Below, one piece after another: positions 1-10,522 of a stretch of DNA of 64,000 nucleotides. Source of the stretch: an uncultured bacterium (lineage in GTDB: Bacteria; Chloroflexota; UBA5177; JANWHV01); contig CAVSOU010000011.1 of NCBI GenBank assembly GCA_963729625.1, positions 64,001-128,000 of the forward strand, given 5' to 3'. Made by a program: the position numbers and the translations under genes. Numbering within the stretch: the first letter of the stretch is position 1; every line of letters begins with the position of its first letter. The notes beneath the pieces were generated by a model that saw nothing but the letters and a program-made list of their open reading frames with translations, was not told the origin of the DNA and did not search any database.

Positions 1-8
1 GTCGTGGG

Positions 9-116
9 TCAGGCAGCAAGGACGGAAGATATCAAGCCCACGCTGAGGTCGCGCTCGACGCGATGGTGCTGGCAGACAGTGAGCTGGTAGAGCAGCACAG
101 CGGTCAAGGCGAGGCG
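9..116 (-). pseudogene. Possible degenerate transposase C-terminal remnant
   Basis: Minus frame reads RLALTAVLLYQLTVCQHHRVERDLSVGLISSVLAA*, resembling from memory the C-terminus of some DDE transposases; no intact upstream frame. Confidence 0.25.
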
Positions 117-425
117 GTTGCCATATCGCGCCGGCGATGATGCACTTCTGCGGCAGGAGCGCCTTCACGGCCGCGACAGCCGTATCCCAACTCGCGTCCA
201 GGCCCTCTTGGCCGCCCCAGCCGTACATCCGAAACCTGACCGCAACTGATCGCGACCCCGGCGTTGCCGTACGAAAGCGATAGGCGAGGCCGATTGCAGC
301 AGCCCCAGCAGCACGGATTTCTGGCATGATGAATCCGGCTACCGTCTGCCTGGCCGACAGAGAGTCCGAGCCGAATGATTCGCAAGTCTCTGCGTGATCC
401 AGTGCGAAAAAGGATGTGAGTTAGG

Positions 426-2501
426 GTGTTGACGAGGTTGCTGATGCTCCCGGCCGGTCGCCGGGCGAAATGGATTGTGCTGGCGCTCTGGCTTCTCCCG
501 CTCATCGCCTTGGGAAGCTACGCCGGGAAGTTCAACAACGCGCAGAAGAACGACCCAAGCAACTTCACGCCCAAAGGCGCTGAATCGACGCAGGTCGATG
601 ACCTGCAGCGGACTGAATTCCCGGGCGGGAAACAGGCTTCGGCGATCGTAGTCTTCCATCGCGCTTCGGGACTGACGACTCAAGACATGGCCCGGTTTCG
701 TGCCGATCTCGCCTACTTCAGCGGCCCGAAGCGTCCGGCAGTCGCCTTGCCCCCTGTTCCTGGTAGTGTGTCCGCGGACGGCAAGGTCGTCACGTTCACC
801 ATGTCGATCGCCAGCAATGACGCTCTGGAAATCCAGAGGACCGTAGACGATATCCGGCTCTACCTTGGAAAAGGCACGAATGGTCTTGATATCCGCCTGA
901 CCGGTCCCGCCGGCATCCTGGTAGATGCGGTGAAAGTCTTCGGCTCGATAAGCGGCGTTGTGTTGGCTGCCACGCTCGTGCTGGTGTTGGTGTTGCTCCT
1001 TCTCATCTACCGTTCCCCGATTATCGCGTTCATCCCGCTCTTCACCGTCGGCGCTGCCTACAGTATCGCGGCGGCGATTCTCTACTTTATGGCGACTGAT
1101 GCGGGCCTCACCGTCAACGGCCAGTCAGGCGGTATTCTCCCTGTTCTGATGTTTGGCGCCGGCACCGACTACGCGCTCCTGCTTATCGCGCGCTACCGTG
1201 AAGAGCTCTGTAAGCATCAGGATCGCCATGAAGCCATGGCGGTTGCCCTTCGGGGGGTCAGCCCGGCAATTCTCTCGAGCGGGACCACGGTTGTCGCCGC
1301 TATGCTCGTGCTCCTGCTGGCCACGCTCCGGTCCACCCAGAATCTGGGGCCGGTGCTGGCTATCGGCGTTGGCGCGGCACTGCTTGCAGGGCTCACACTG
1401 CTGCCTGCGGTCCTGCAAGTTGTTGGACGCAGGGCCTTCTGGCCTTTCGTGCCACGGCAGGCTGACGTGCCGGCACATGAACGGGGCATCTGGAACGCGG
1501 TGGGACGGGTTGTGGCGAGGCGACCTGGATTGGTCTCCACCGTCGCGATCGTCATGTTGCTGGGTCTGGCCTTCGGCGCAACCTCAGTGCGTGAGAATCT
1601 GAATCTGATCAATGGCTTCGTCGGATCGACGCAAAGCGCGGAAGGCTTTCAGTATTTGCAGGCGTCGGAGCCGGCCGGGGTGCTGTCCCCGACGAACATC
1701 GTGGTGCGTCCCGCGTCCGCCCTGCCGGCGGTGCTGCGTGCGGCGCATGCCGTGCCCGGCGTCGTGCCCGCTGCGTTCCCCTCCCTCAATGGTAGAGATG
1801 GCTATGTGCAAGCATCGGTGATCTTCAAGGACGATCCGTACGGTGCGGCGGCACTCGATCGTCTCGTCGCGCTCCGGCACGCTGTTCATGCCGCCGCCCC
1901 GGCGGGCGCGACTGTCCTGGTGGGCGGTGAAACCGCAATCACGCGGGACACGCAAGACGCGGCGAACAATGATATACACGTCATCGCGCCGGTCATCCTG
2001 ATCGTGATTCTGACGATCCTGTGCCTGCTGCTGCGTGCCGTGATTGCTCCCTTGTACCTTATTGCTACGGTAGTGCTGTCGTTCTTCGCCAGCTTTGGCA
2101 TAAGCGTGTACTGCTTCAACCACTTCTTCCACTTTGAGGGTATCGACGCGGGATTCCCCACCCTGCTGTTCTTGTTTCTCGTCGCGCTCGGCGTCGACTA
2201 CAACATCTTCCTGGTCACCAGGATTCGAGAGGAGTCGGCGCGCTTCGGCACCCGTGAGGGCGCCGTGCGCGGACTTGCGGCGACAGGCGGCATCATCACG
2301 TCTGCCGGACTGATACTGGCGGGCACGTTTGCCGTCTTGATATCGCTGCCCCTCAAGCAGCTCGTGGAGTTTGGTTTTGCAGTGGCGCTCGGAGTGCTGC
2401 TCGACACAGTCCTGGTGCGCGCCATTCTCGTTCCGGCGCTCGTGCTGAAAGTTGGTAGCGTGAGCTGGTGGCCCAGCGCGCTGCATCGAGCGACGTCTTA
2501 A
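426..2501 (+). CDS. MMPL/RND family transporter
   Basis: 691 aa, two hydrophobic halves with GAGTDYALLLIARYREE and GVDYNIFLVTRIREE MMPL motifs. Confidence 0.95.
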   Translation: MLTRLLMLPAGRRAKWIVLALWLLPLIALGSYAGKFNNAQKNDPSNFTPKGAESTQVDDLQRTEFPGGKQASAIVVFHRASGLTTQDMARFRADLAYFSGPKRPAVALPPVPGSVSADGKVVTFTMSIASNDALEIQRTVDDIRLYLGKGTNGLDIRLTGPAGILVDAVKVFGSISGVVLAATLVLVLVLLLLIYRSPIIAFIPLFTVGAAYSIAAAILYFMATDAGLTVNGQSGGILPVLMFGAGTDYALLLIARYREELCKHQDRHEAMAVALRGVSPAILSSGTTVVAAMLVLLLATLRSTQNLGPVLAIGVGAALLAGLTLLPAVLQVVGRRAFWPFVPRQADVPAHERGIWNAVGRVVARRPGLVSTVAIVMLLGLAFGATSVRENLNLINGFVGSTQSAEGFQYLQASEPAGVLSPTNIVVRPASALPAVLRAAHAVPGVVPAAFPSLNGRDGYVQASVIFKDDPYGAAALDRLVALRHAVHAAAPAGATVLVGGETAITRDTQDAANNDIHVIAPVILIVILTILCLLLRAVIAPLYLIATVVLSFFASFGISVYCFNHFFHFEGIDAGFPTLLFLFLVALGVDYNIFLVTRIREESARFGTREGAVRGLAATGGIITSAGLILAGTFAVLISLPLKQLVEFGFAVALGVLLDTVLVRAILVPALVLKVGSVSWWPSALHRATS

Positions 2502-2852
2502 GAAGCGTGACCGCTTCCTTCCGGTTAACCCTGGAAACATGGCGACCGCCTGCACGTTGGGCGCCTGCGGCCTGTGGCCTGATGGCTTTGCCGGCTGGGG
2601 CGCTTTGATGCCCGCGCAGCAGCGGAAGGGCTGGCGTATCGACCGCGGCGTGACAACAGGCAGAGAGCGAAAGGCAATAAGTGGTGAAGCACAGGATGGT
2701 CCAGACGTCGTTGGCATCGCTATCCTGAAAGCGTGGTGGACTCTGCAATGGATCTGGTGGAAAGCATGGTCACCACGGCGGTTGCGTTCGCTCTCGACGA
2801 TCCTCGTGCATGAGGGCGCTGCATGGAGTGATGCTCTCAAGGAGATTGATGC

Positions 2853-4859
2853 ATGATGCCGGATCTGGACAAGCAGGCCGCGGTGTCCCTGGCTCGCCTG
2901 ACAAGGCGCTTCTCTGTGCGGTTCGCGCCCGCCGCGAACACGGCCGCCTGGCAGGCCTTTGCCGCGCGACTCGATCGTCATTTCGCCTCGCTCTTCCAGC
3001 CGCTCCTCGATCTGTATGGCAGCCGCTATGACTTCTTCTATCACCTGGAAGAGATCCTCGCGGCAGCGGCCGAGTCGTGGCTCGCGCGGCCCCCGGAGCT
3101 TCAGAATCTGGACGCCGCGCGCGAGAAGGACCCCGACTGGTTCCAGGCACAGGAGATGATGGGCGCGGTCTGCTACGTCGACCTGTTCGCCGGCACTCTC
3201 GACGGTCTGGCGAGCAAGATTCCCTATCTGCGCGAGCTCGGTATCACGTACCTGCACCTGATGCCGCTATTTCGGTCACCCGACGGGAATAGCGACGGGG
3301 GCTACGCGGTCAGCAGCTATCGAGAGGTCAATCCGGAGATCGGCACGATGGCGGACCTGGAGCGCCTCGCCGCCGCTCTCCGCGCGAACGGGATCAGCCT
3401 GGTGCTCGATTTCATCTTCAATCACACCTCCGATGAGCACGACTGGGCTGTGCGGGCACTTGCTGGCGACGAGGACTACCAGGACTACTACTATATGTTC
3501 GCCGATCGCTCGGTGCCGGATGCCTATCAGCGTCACCTGCGCGACATATTCCCGGACCAACGGGCAGGCAGCTTCACCTACCGTCCCGAGATAGATAAGT
3601 GGGTGTGGACCACATTTCATAGCTTCCAATGGGACTTGAATTACGCCAATCCCGCCGTCTTCCGGCGCATGGGCGAGGAGATGCTGTTCCTTGCCAACCA
3701 CGGCGCGGAGGTGCTGCGGCTGGACGCCGTCGCCTTCGCCTGGAAGGAGATGGGTACGCCCTGTGAGAGCCTGCCGCAGGTTCACACGCTGGTGCGGGCC
3801 TTCAATGCGTTAGCGCGCATTGCCGCGCCCTGTCTGCTGTTCAAGTCCGAGGCCATAGTTCACCCGGACGAAGTCGCGCGCTACATCACGCCACAACAAT
3901 GCCAGATTTCCTACAATCCACTCCTGATGGCCCTGTTATGGGAGTCGCTTGCCACCCGTGAAGTGCGGTTGCTGCAACTGTCGATGCAGGAGCGTTTCCA
4001 GATAGACCCCGGTTGCGCCTGGGTCAATTACGTGCGATCGCACGACGACATCGGCTGGACCTTCGCCGATACGGATGCCTGGCGATTGGGTATCGACAGC
4101 GTGGGCCATCGTCGATTCCTCAACGATTTCTACACCGGCCGCTACCCCGGCAGCTTTGCAAAAGGGCTTCCGTTCCAGGAAAACCCGCGTACGGGAGATG
4201 CCCGTATCTCGGGTACCTGCGCGTCTCTCGCCGGACTTGAGCGCGCGGTCGAGCAGGGGAGCCCGGATCAGGTTGACCTGGCGGTACGCCGCATACTGCT
4301 GCTGTACGGCGTGGTGCTGTCCGTCGGCGGCATTCCATTGCTGTATCTGGGCGATGAACTGGGCACGCTCAACGATGGCGCCTATGCCGACGATCCGGCA
4401 AAGCGTGAAGACAGCCGCTGGATCCACCGATCCAGGTTCAACGAGCAGGCTGCCCTTCGCAGGCACGACGCGAAGACTGTCGAAGGGCGTATCTTCCAGG
4501 GGCTCGCGCGCCTCATCGACATGCGCAAACGGACACGCGCGCTGGCGGGCGGCCGCATGGAGATTGTCTACATCGGCAACGGCAGCGTCATGACCTATGT
4601 GCGGCAATGCGGCCCGGATCGGCTGCTGGTGCTCGCAAACTTCTCGGAGTATGACCAGCCGATCGACGCTGGGGCGGTGCGCTGGCACGGGCACGCCTCA
4701 AGCTTCACCGATCTCGTCGGCGGGTGCGCGGTGTCTCCGGCCGACAAGATTGTTCTTGCTCCCTACAGCCTGCAATGGTTGGCGCCGATACCTGAACCCA
4801 GGGACGGTCCGGCGGACGCCGGCGAGCAAGATAAGAACGCTCACGGTACGTACTCGTGA
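2853..4859 (+). CDS. Amylosucrase-like GH13 glycoside hydrolase
   Basis: [24 protein letters not shown] and [10 protein letters not shown] conserved regions; AAGGAG RBS upstream. Confidence 0.92.
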   Translation: MMPDLDKQAAVSLARLTRRFSVRFAPAANTAAWQAFAARLDRHFASLFQPLLDLYGSRYDFFYHLEEILAAAAESWLARPPELQNLDAAREKDPDWFQAQEMMGAVCYVDLFAGTLDGLASKIPYLRELGITYLHLMPLFRSPDGNSDGGYAVSSYREVNPEIGTMADLERLAAALRANGISLVLDFIFNHTSDEHDWAVRALAGDEDYQDYYYMFADRSVPDAYQRHLRDIFPDQRAGSFTYRPEIDKWVWTTFHSFQWDLNYANPAVFRRMGEEMLFLANHGAEVLRLDAVAFAWKEMGTPCESLPQVHTLVRAFNALARIAAPCLLFKSEAIVHPDEVARYITPQQCQISYNPLLMALLWESLATREVRLLQLSMQERFQIDPGCAWVNYVRSHDDIGWTFADTDAWRLGIDSVGHRRFLNDFYTGRYPGSFAKGLPFQENPRTGDARISGTCASLAGLERAVEQGSPDQVDLAVRRILLLYGVVLSVGGIPLLYLGDELGTLNDGAYADDPAKREDSRWIHRSRFNEQAALRRHDAKTVEGRIFQGLARLIDMRKRTRALAGGRMEIVYIGNGSVMTYVRQCGPDRLLVLANFSEYDQPIDAGAVRWHGHASSFTDLVGGCAVSPADKIVLAPYSLQWLAPIPEPRDGPADAGEQDKNAHGTYS

Positions 4860-5167
4860 GTGGTGCTGTACGTAGCTCCGATTGGAGAAATGCCCCCGAC
4901 GTCCGTAGCATTCGCCTCCAGCCTGGTGCGTAGCACATCGCAGCGGGTCGCGGATCAGGCCACCCACTCTCACGAGATGAGCGGCGCGCCGGCCGCGGAC
5001 GGATGTGGCGACCGGCTTTCCATCCGACCGCTCGTCGCACCAAGCACGCTGCCGCGCAATGGTACCTTGTACTTGGGATCGCCTGGAGCTCGCGCCAACC
5101 GCGTGGCGTCGCACGTGGTTGAGTGAAGCGCTGAGCAGCGCGACAGAGATCAAGAGGGGGAGCATCG

Positions 5168-7664
5168 ATGAAAGCAGTGGTGATGGCTGGTGGGGAGGGC
5201 TCACGCCTGCGTCCCCTTACGGTGCGTCGACCAAAGCCGATGGTGCCGATCGTCAATCGCCCCGTGATGGAGCACATCCTCCTGTTGCTCAAGCGGCACG
5301 GCATCACCGAGGTAGTGCTCACGGTGCAGTACCTGGCGCGCATCATACAGGATTACTTCGGCGACGGTTCAGCGCTGGGCATGCGCCTGCACTACAGCGT
5401 CGAGGATGTCCCCCTCGGCACGGCCGGCTCGGTCAAACTGGCCGAGCATCTGCTGGATGAGACCTTCCTTGTGATCAGCGGCGATGCGCTGACCGACTTC
5501 GACCTGACCAAGATCGTCGAGTACCATCGTGCCAAACACGCAGTAGCCACGTTGACCCTCAAGTCCGTGCCGGACCCTCTCGAGTATGGCGTGGTGGTCA
5601 CGGACGCCACAGGACACATCCAGCGCTTCCTGGAGAAGCCATCCTGGAGCGAGGTGATCAGCGACACCATCAACACGGGTATCTACGTGCTCGAGCCCGA
5701 GGTGCTGCAGCGCTGTCCCACCGGCCAGTCGTTCGACTTCGGTCAGGATGTGTTCCCGGCGTTGCTGGCCGACGGCAAGCCGATCTACGGTTGCGTCATG
5801 GAGACGGGCTACTGGACCGACGTGGGCACCATTCAGGAGTACTCTCGAGCCTGCTTCGATGTGCTGGAAGGAAAAGTGCAGGTCGAGCTGCCCGAGCAGA
5901 GCGAGCGGCCCGGCATCTGGTGCGGCCCGGGCGTGGAGATCGCCGCGAACGCCCGGCTGACAGGCCCCGGTCTTTCTCGGCCACGACGTGCAAATTGGAC
6001 CGGGTAGCGTGATCGAGGGACCGGCGGTGATCGGCGACAACTCCATCGTGGCGGCGCACGCCGACGTAGCACGGAGCATCGTCGGACGGAGCTGCTACGT
6101 CGGGGATCGTGCCGAGATGCGCGGGGCCATCGTCGGTGAGCATTGCAGCCTCAAGACCAACACCGTGCTGTTCGAGGGTGCAGTCGTGGGCGACGGCAGC
6201 ACCGTGGAGGATGGCGCCATCATCCATGCCAACATCAAGATCTGGCCTGACAAGCAGATCGAGGCGGGGGCTTCGGTCAAGAGCTCCATCGTCTGGGGCC
6301 GCCAGGGTCAGCGCATGCTCTTCCGCCGTCATACGGTTTCGGGACTGATCAACGTCGACATGACACCGGAGTTTGCCGCCAAGATTGGCGCGGCATACGG
6401 CGCCACGCTGCCGCTGGGTAGCACGGTGGTCATCAACCGTGACCTCTATCGCATCTCGCGCATGATCAAACGGGCCATCATCTCCGGCCTGCCGTCGGCC
6501 GGCATCAATGTTGCTGATTGTTCGTCCTTGCCGCTGCCGGTAGTGCGGTACTACCTGCGCACCAGTAAGGAGCTGAGCGGTGGAGTCCATGTGCGGCTCA
6601 ATCCGCTCGACGGCCGACTGGTGGAGGCGCGCCTCCTCGATAGGAACGGCCAGGACATGGGAAAGAACACCGAGCGCAAGATCGAGGCGCTGTTCTTCCG
6701 TGAGGACTTCCGGCGTGCCAAGCCGGAGGACATCGGCTCGATGATGGACGCGCCGGAGGCCCGGTCGCGGTACAGCGCCGCGTTCCTGGAGCAAGTAGAC
6801 CATGCGCGTTTGGAGCAGGCGCATTTCCGCATCGTGCTGGATTGCTGCCACGGACCGGCCGCAGAGGTGCTGCCCGCGCTGCTTGAGCGACTGGGATGCG
6901 AGGTGCTGGGGATCAACACCACGGTGCAGGACAACCTGCCGGGTATGCCGGCAGGCGAGAGCCTGCAGGAGAACTTGCGGCGCGTCGGCGCCATTACCGC
7001 GGCGTTAGGGATGGATCTGGGCGCGGTGATCGATCCGGGTGGCGAGATCCTGCTTGTCACGGACGAACAGGGCCACGCGATCCCGCCCATGGCAACCCTT
7101 GCGGTCATGGCGGCGCTGGCCTTCCAGGCGCAGGACGGAAGCGCCGTGGCAGTGCCGGTCACCGCGTCGACCGTGCTGGAGAAGATCGCGAGCGCCAAAG
7201 GCGGGCGTATCGTGCGCACAAAGGCCGATCCACAGGCACTGATCGCCACGCGCGAGTCGGTCAAGTTCGTTGGAGATGGCGACGGCGGCTTCAGCATCCC
7301 GCGATTCCAACCGGCCTTTGATGCGATGTTGGGCTTGGTCACGCTGCTGGAACTGCTGGCGGGCTCGGGCGCCACGCTGGCCAAGGCCGTGCGAGCTTTG
7401 CCGGCCTATTTCACGGATACGACGGACGTACCCTGTGCCTGGGAGCAGAAAGGCAAGGTGATGCGCGTGCTCAACGAGCACTACGGCAACAGCAAGACGG
7501 CCGCGATCGACGGTATCCGGGTCGATCTGGGCGAGGAGTGGGTATTGGTACTTCCCGACGCGGACCGCCCGCTCTTCCACATCGTGGCAGAAGGTCACAC
7601 GCAGCGATCCGCCAAATCGCTGGCGGAGAAATATGCCGCGATCGTCAATGGCCTGCAGCGCTAG
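5168..7664 (+). CDS. Mannose-1-phosphate guanylyltransferase / hexapeptide repeat / phosphomannomutase-like fusion, split by one frameshift at ~5965-5968
   Basis: [16 protein letters not shown] nucleotidyltransferase motif in 5168-6007. ORF 5988-7664 continues the LbH repeats and mutase fold. Removing one C from the C4 run gives [14 protein letters not shown]. Confidence 0.9.
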
Positions 7665-7762
7665 CCAGTTGACTCATTCGAGCTCGGGGCGCTAAAAAGA
7701 CACAACCACGAAACCTACATGCAACACGTGTGGAGCGGGACGCTCTGATGCCCCGCGCTACA

Positions 7763-7845
7763 GATGATTTTGAGTATATTCACCGCTGGACCCTATGGCT
7801 TGATGTGGTGGTCGCGGCGAGGACACTTGCGGTAATTGCCAAGGA
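7763..7845 (+). pseudogene. Remnant of a bacterial sugar transferase (phosphoglycosyltransferase) C-terminus
   Basis: DFEYIHRWTLWLDVVVAART resembles the family end motif D-x-x-YI-x-x-W-S-LWLD-x-x-I-x-x-x-T; rest of gene absent. Confidence 0.55.
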
Positions 7846-8010
7846 TAGCTACGAAGCGGTATCTGGAACGAGGGTTCTGGGTGCGCGGTGTTGCGTACAC
7901 GAATATTACCACCAAATGCCCACACATTAGAACACCGCTGTGCCCCCGGGTCACGGTCTGAAAAAAGTCCCGCGCGGGCGAGAAGAAACGAACTCTCCCC
8001 AATTGCGGAT

Positions 8011-8577
8011 GCGTGGTGGCACATCCACTATGCGGTTGGCTTCGTGCTGATTCCCGTAGTTGCGCTAAAGCTGTCCAGTACGGGCTACAGGATGATGCGG
8101 TACTACTTGGGCGAACCGACGTACCGGGCTGCCGGACCGCCCGGACTGGTGCCCCGGCTTATCGCGCCACTGTTAGTCGTGTCCGTCGTTACCGCGCTAG
8201 CCACCGGCGTGGCGCTCTACTCCGAGCACAGCCGGAGGGGGCTGCTCAGTACGCTGCACACCGATGCCGCAGTGGCGAGCGCGCTGCTCCTCGGCGTTCA
8301 CCTGCTCACGTACGTCCCGGACGCGCTGGCGACTGTCGGGCGCGAACTGCGACAGCTGCCGCGAGTGCGCACGGCCTCTATCCGGCTGGCCGGCGTCGTG
8401 GCCGCGCTGGCCTTTGGGATCGTTCTGGCTACCGTCACGTACAGTGGCGGCGTGTGGCCGGCGCGGCCCCATAATCGCCGGCTCGGCGTCGGCGTCTCCC
8501 AGAGTGCGCCCGCTGACTCCGCCAGTCGAACCGGTCGGTGCAACGGAAATCGGGGTCTTCGTGCCCCAAGCGCCTGA
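8011..8577 (+). pseudogene. 5'-truncated conserved membrane protein
   Basis: Hydrophobic helices with HYAVGFVLIPVVALKLSSTGYR..RYY...YR.AGPP and conserved His residues; upstream part of ORF 7888 looks non-coding. Confidence 0.55.
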
Positions 8578-8903
8578 CGCTGCGTAGGGCGGCAAGGCCA
8601 CGCTGCCGACAGGCGCCCCGCGCGAGGCCCTGAAACTGGTGATGCTATTTCCCAGAGTGCATCTCTCGGTATCGTTGGGCGACCAGGGCTTTACCGGGTA
8701 GAGCGGCCACGCCGGAGTCTGACGTTCGGTAGCCATGCTGGTGCCTCCTCGAGCTACTGTACACCACGAGATCTATGCCGGGCGGACACGGATAGTGTGC
8801 ATGGCGAGAACCGCCCGGCACCGAAGCTTGTGCCGACCGGCGTTTGGTGGGAGTATTGAAGAGTGAGCACGTATAGAGCGGGCCATGATAGCTTCAGGTC
8901 CAG

Positions 8904-10162
8904 ATGAACAGCCGACCGCGTGATACTCCCGGTGGAATAGCGCTCATTGGGTCGGGTGAGCTGGCTGATGCGTCGGCGGAGACGCACCGCTCGGTGATGG
9001 CGCATGTGGGCGAGCCGATTCGACCGCTGTTTCTCGATACCCTGGCCGGCTTTGAGTCGAACATCGACGCCATCGACCGCAAGGCGTCCGAATACTTTAA
9101 CGCAACTTTGGCCTCGATCTGGCGCTCGCCCGATTCCGCACCGGGCGCGAGAGCGCGGACGAGGTGGCGGCGGCGGTCAGCGCGATCGGCCAGGCCAACT
9201 ATATCCTTGCCGGCCCGGGAAGTCCCAGCTACGGTGTGAGGGTGCTGCGTGACAGCCCGGTCTGGCAGGCCGTGACGGCACGATGGCGCGCCGGCGCGCT
9301 GATAGTGCTCGCGAGCGCGGCAGCAGTCATCGCCGGGTCTCGGGCCATTCCGGTGTACGAGATCTACAAGGCCGGCGTCGACCCGGCGTGGATCTCCGGG
9401 CTGGATCTGCTGGGTGCAATCGGACTTCGCGCCACAGTCGTGCCGCACTGGAATAACACGAGCGGCGACGGCTACGACACACGCTACTGCTATATGGGCG
9501 GTTCGCGGTTCGCCGTCCTCGAACGGGAACTGGACGCCGGCGAGATGGTACTCGGTCTCGACGAGTACAGTGGACTGTACATACGCCACGATCTGGCTGC
9601 CGACGTCCTGGGCGTCGGCCGGGTTACTATCCGCCTGGCCGGTCGGGAGGCGGTTTACGCTCGCGGCGACCACATTACTCTGGACAACCTTGTGCCGGGA
9701 AGCGTCGTAGCTTCATCCGGCACTGCGAACGGAGTCGAATTGGCGCCGGCGCAGGGCGCGCCCACGCACGACGCCGACATTCGCGCGCTGCGCGAACGAG
9801 TTGAGGATGCGCTGGCCCAGGGCAACGCCGGCACGGCGGTAGAGGGCCTTGCGGCGTTGAGCCTCGTGGCGGGCGCCAGCCTGGACCAATCGCTGCCCGG
9901 CCGGGCCGAGCTCGCGGTGCAGGCGCTTCAGGCGACACTGCCACGGCTTGCGCGCGCAGCTCGGGCGGTCGAGGCGCTCCGGCAGGAATCGCGCGTGCTG
10001 GTCGATGCCCTGGTTGACGCCCGACTCGCCCTTCGCAAGGACCATCAATTTGCAGCCGCGGATCAGCTGCGAGACACATTGTCCGAGCTTGGCTATGTCA
10101 TTGCAGATACACCGGACGGAACAACATGGTCGCGTCAGGACAACACACGCCGGCGTCTCTAG
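8904..10162 (+). CDS. Peptidase S51/cyanophycinase-like protein with CysS_C-like tail, split by one frameshift at ~9100
   Basis: ALIGSGE, AGPGSP, ASAAA, VVPHWNN and GLDE motifs; tail FAAADQLRDTL..G..I.D...GTTW. Adding one base at TTTAA^CGC joins ORFs 8904 and 9164. Confidence 0.8.
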
Positions 10163-10233
10163 CGGAGGCCGCGGATTGTCGCCGGGTCGAGCGGAAGCCC
10201 CCTCTTGCGCTGCTTGGATTCTATGACTGATTG

Positions 10234-10414
10234 CATTCTGGGGGCGTGGACATCATGTCCGCCATCATCGGACGCCTGCGCGAAGGCTCGGCGCCTACAG
10301 CTGCGCCTGCGCCTTCGAGTCTTCTGACACGCGCACGCCGCCGTCGCGGCGGCCCTGGCTCGCGGCACGCTGCTCCCTCGAAACTGGGCGGACGACATGT
10401 CCAGGCCCCCATGC
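10234..10414. repeat. ~180 bp element bounded by long imperfect inverted repeats (MITE-like or structured RNA)
   Basis: GGGGGC-g-TGGACAT-cat-GTCCGCC (10240-10263) pairs with GGCGGAC-gac-ATGTCCA-g-GCCCCC (10387-10410); internal hairpin CGAAGGC..GCCTTCG. Confidence 0.5.
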
Positions 10415-10522
10415 GTGGAGACTTCACGATCGAGTCTGGGCCCAGCACAGTAGGTCAATCTGGTATAAACTAAGCTATTCGACCGGAATTATGTGGTATT
10501 TTTGCGAGAGGGGTGAAACACC

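Noticed and set aside
2539-2856. Trp-rich ORF overlapping the amylosucrase start, and ORF 4860-5126
   Set aside because: No recognisable motif or RBS, and competing frames look equally plausible.
1584-3257. Long antisense ORFs (also 5796-6851, 22862-23995, 33889-34917, 53515-55749 and others)
   Set aside because: Shadow frames of GC-rich real genes; no motifs or RBS.
5955-5990. Programmed ribosomal frameshift in the GDP-mannose gene
   Set aside because: No slippery heptamer; an extra base in a C4 run and other nearby indels explain it more simply.
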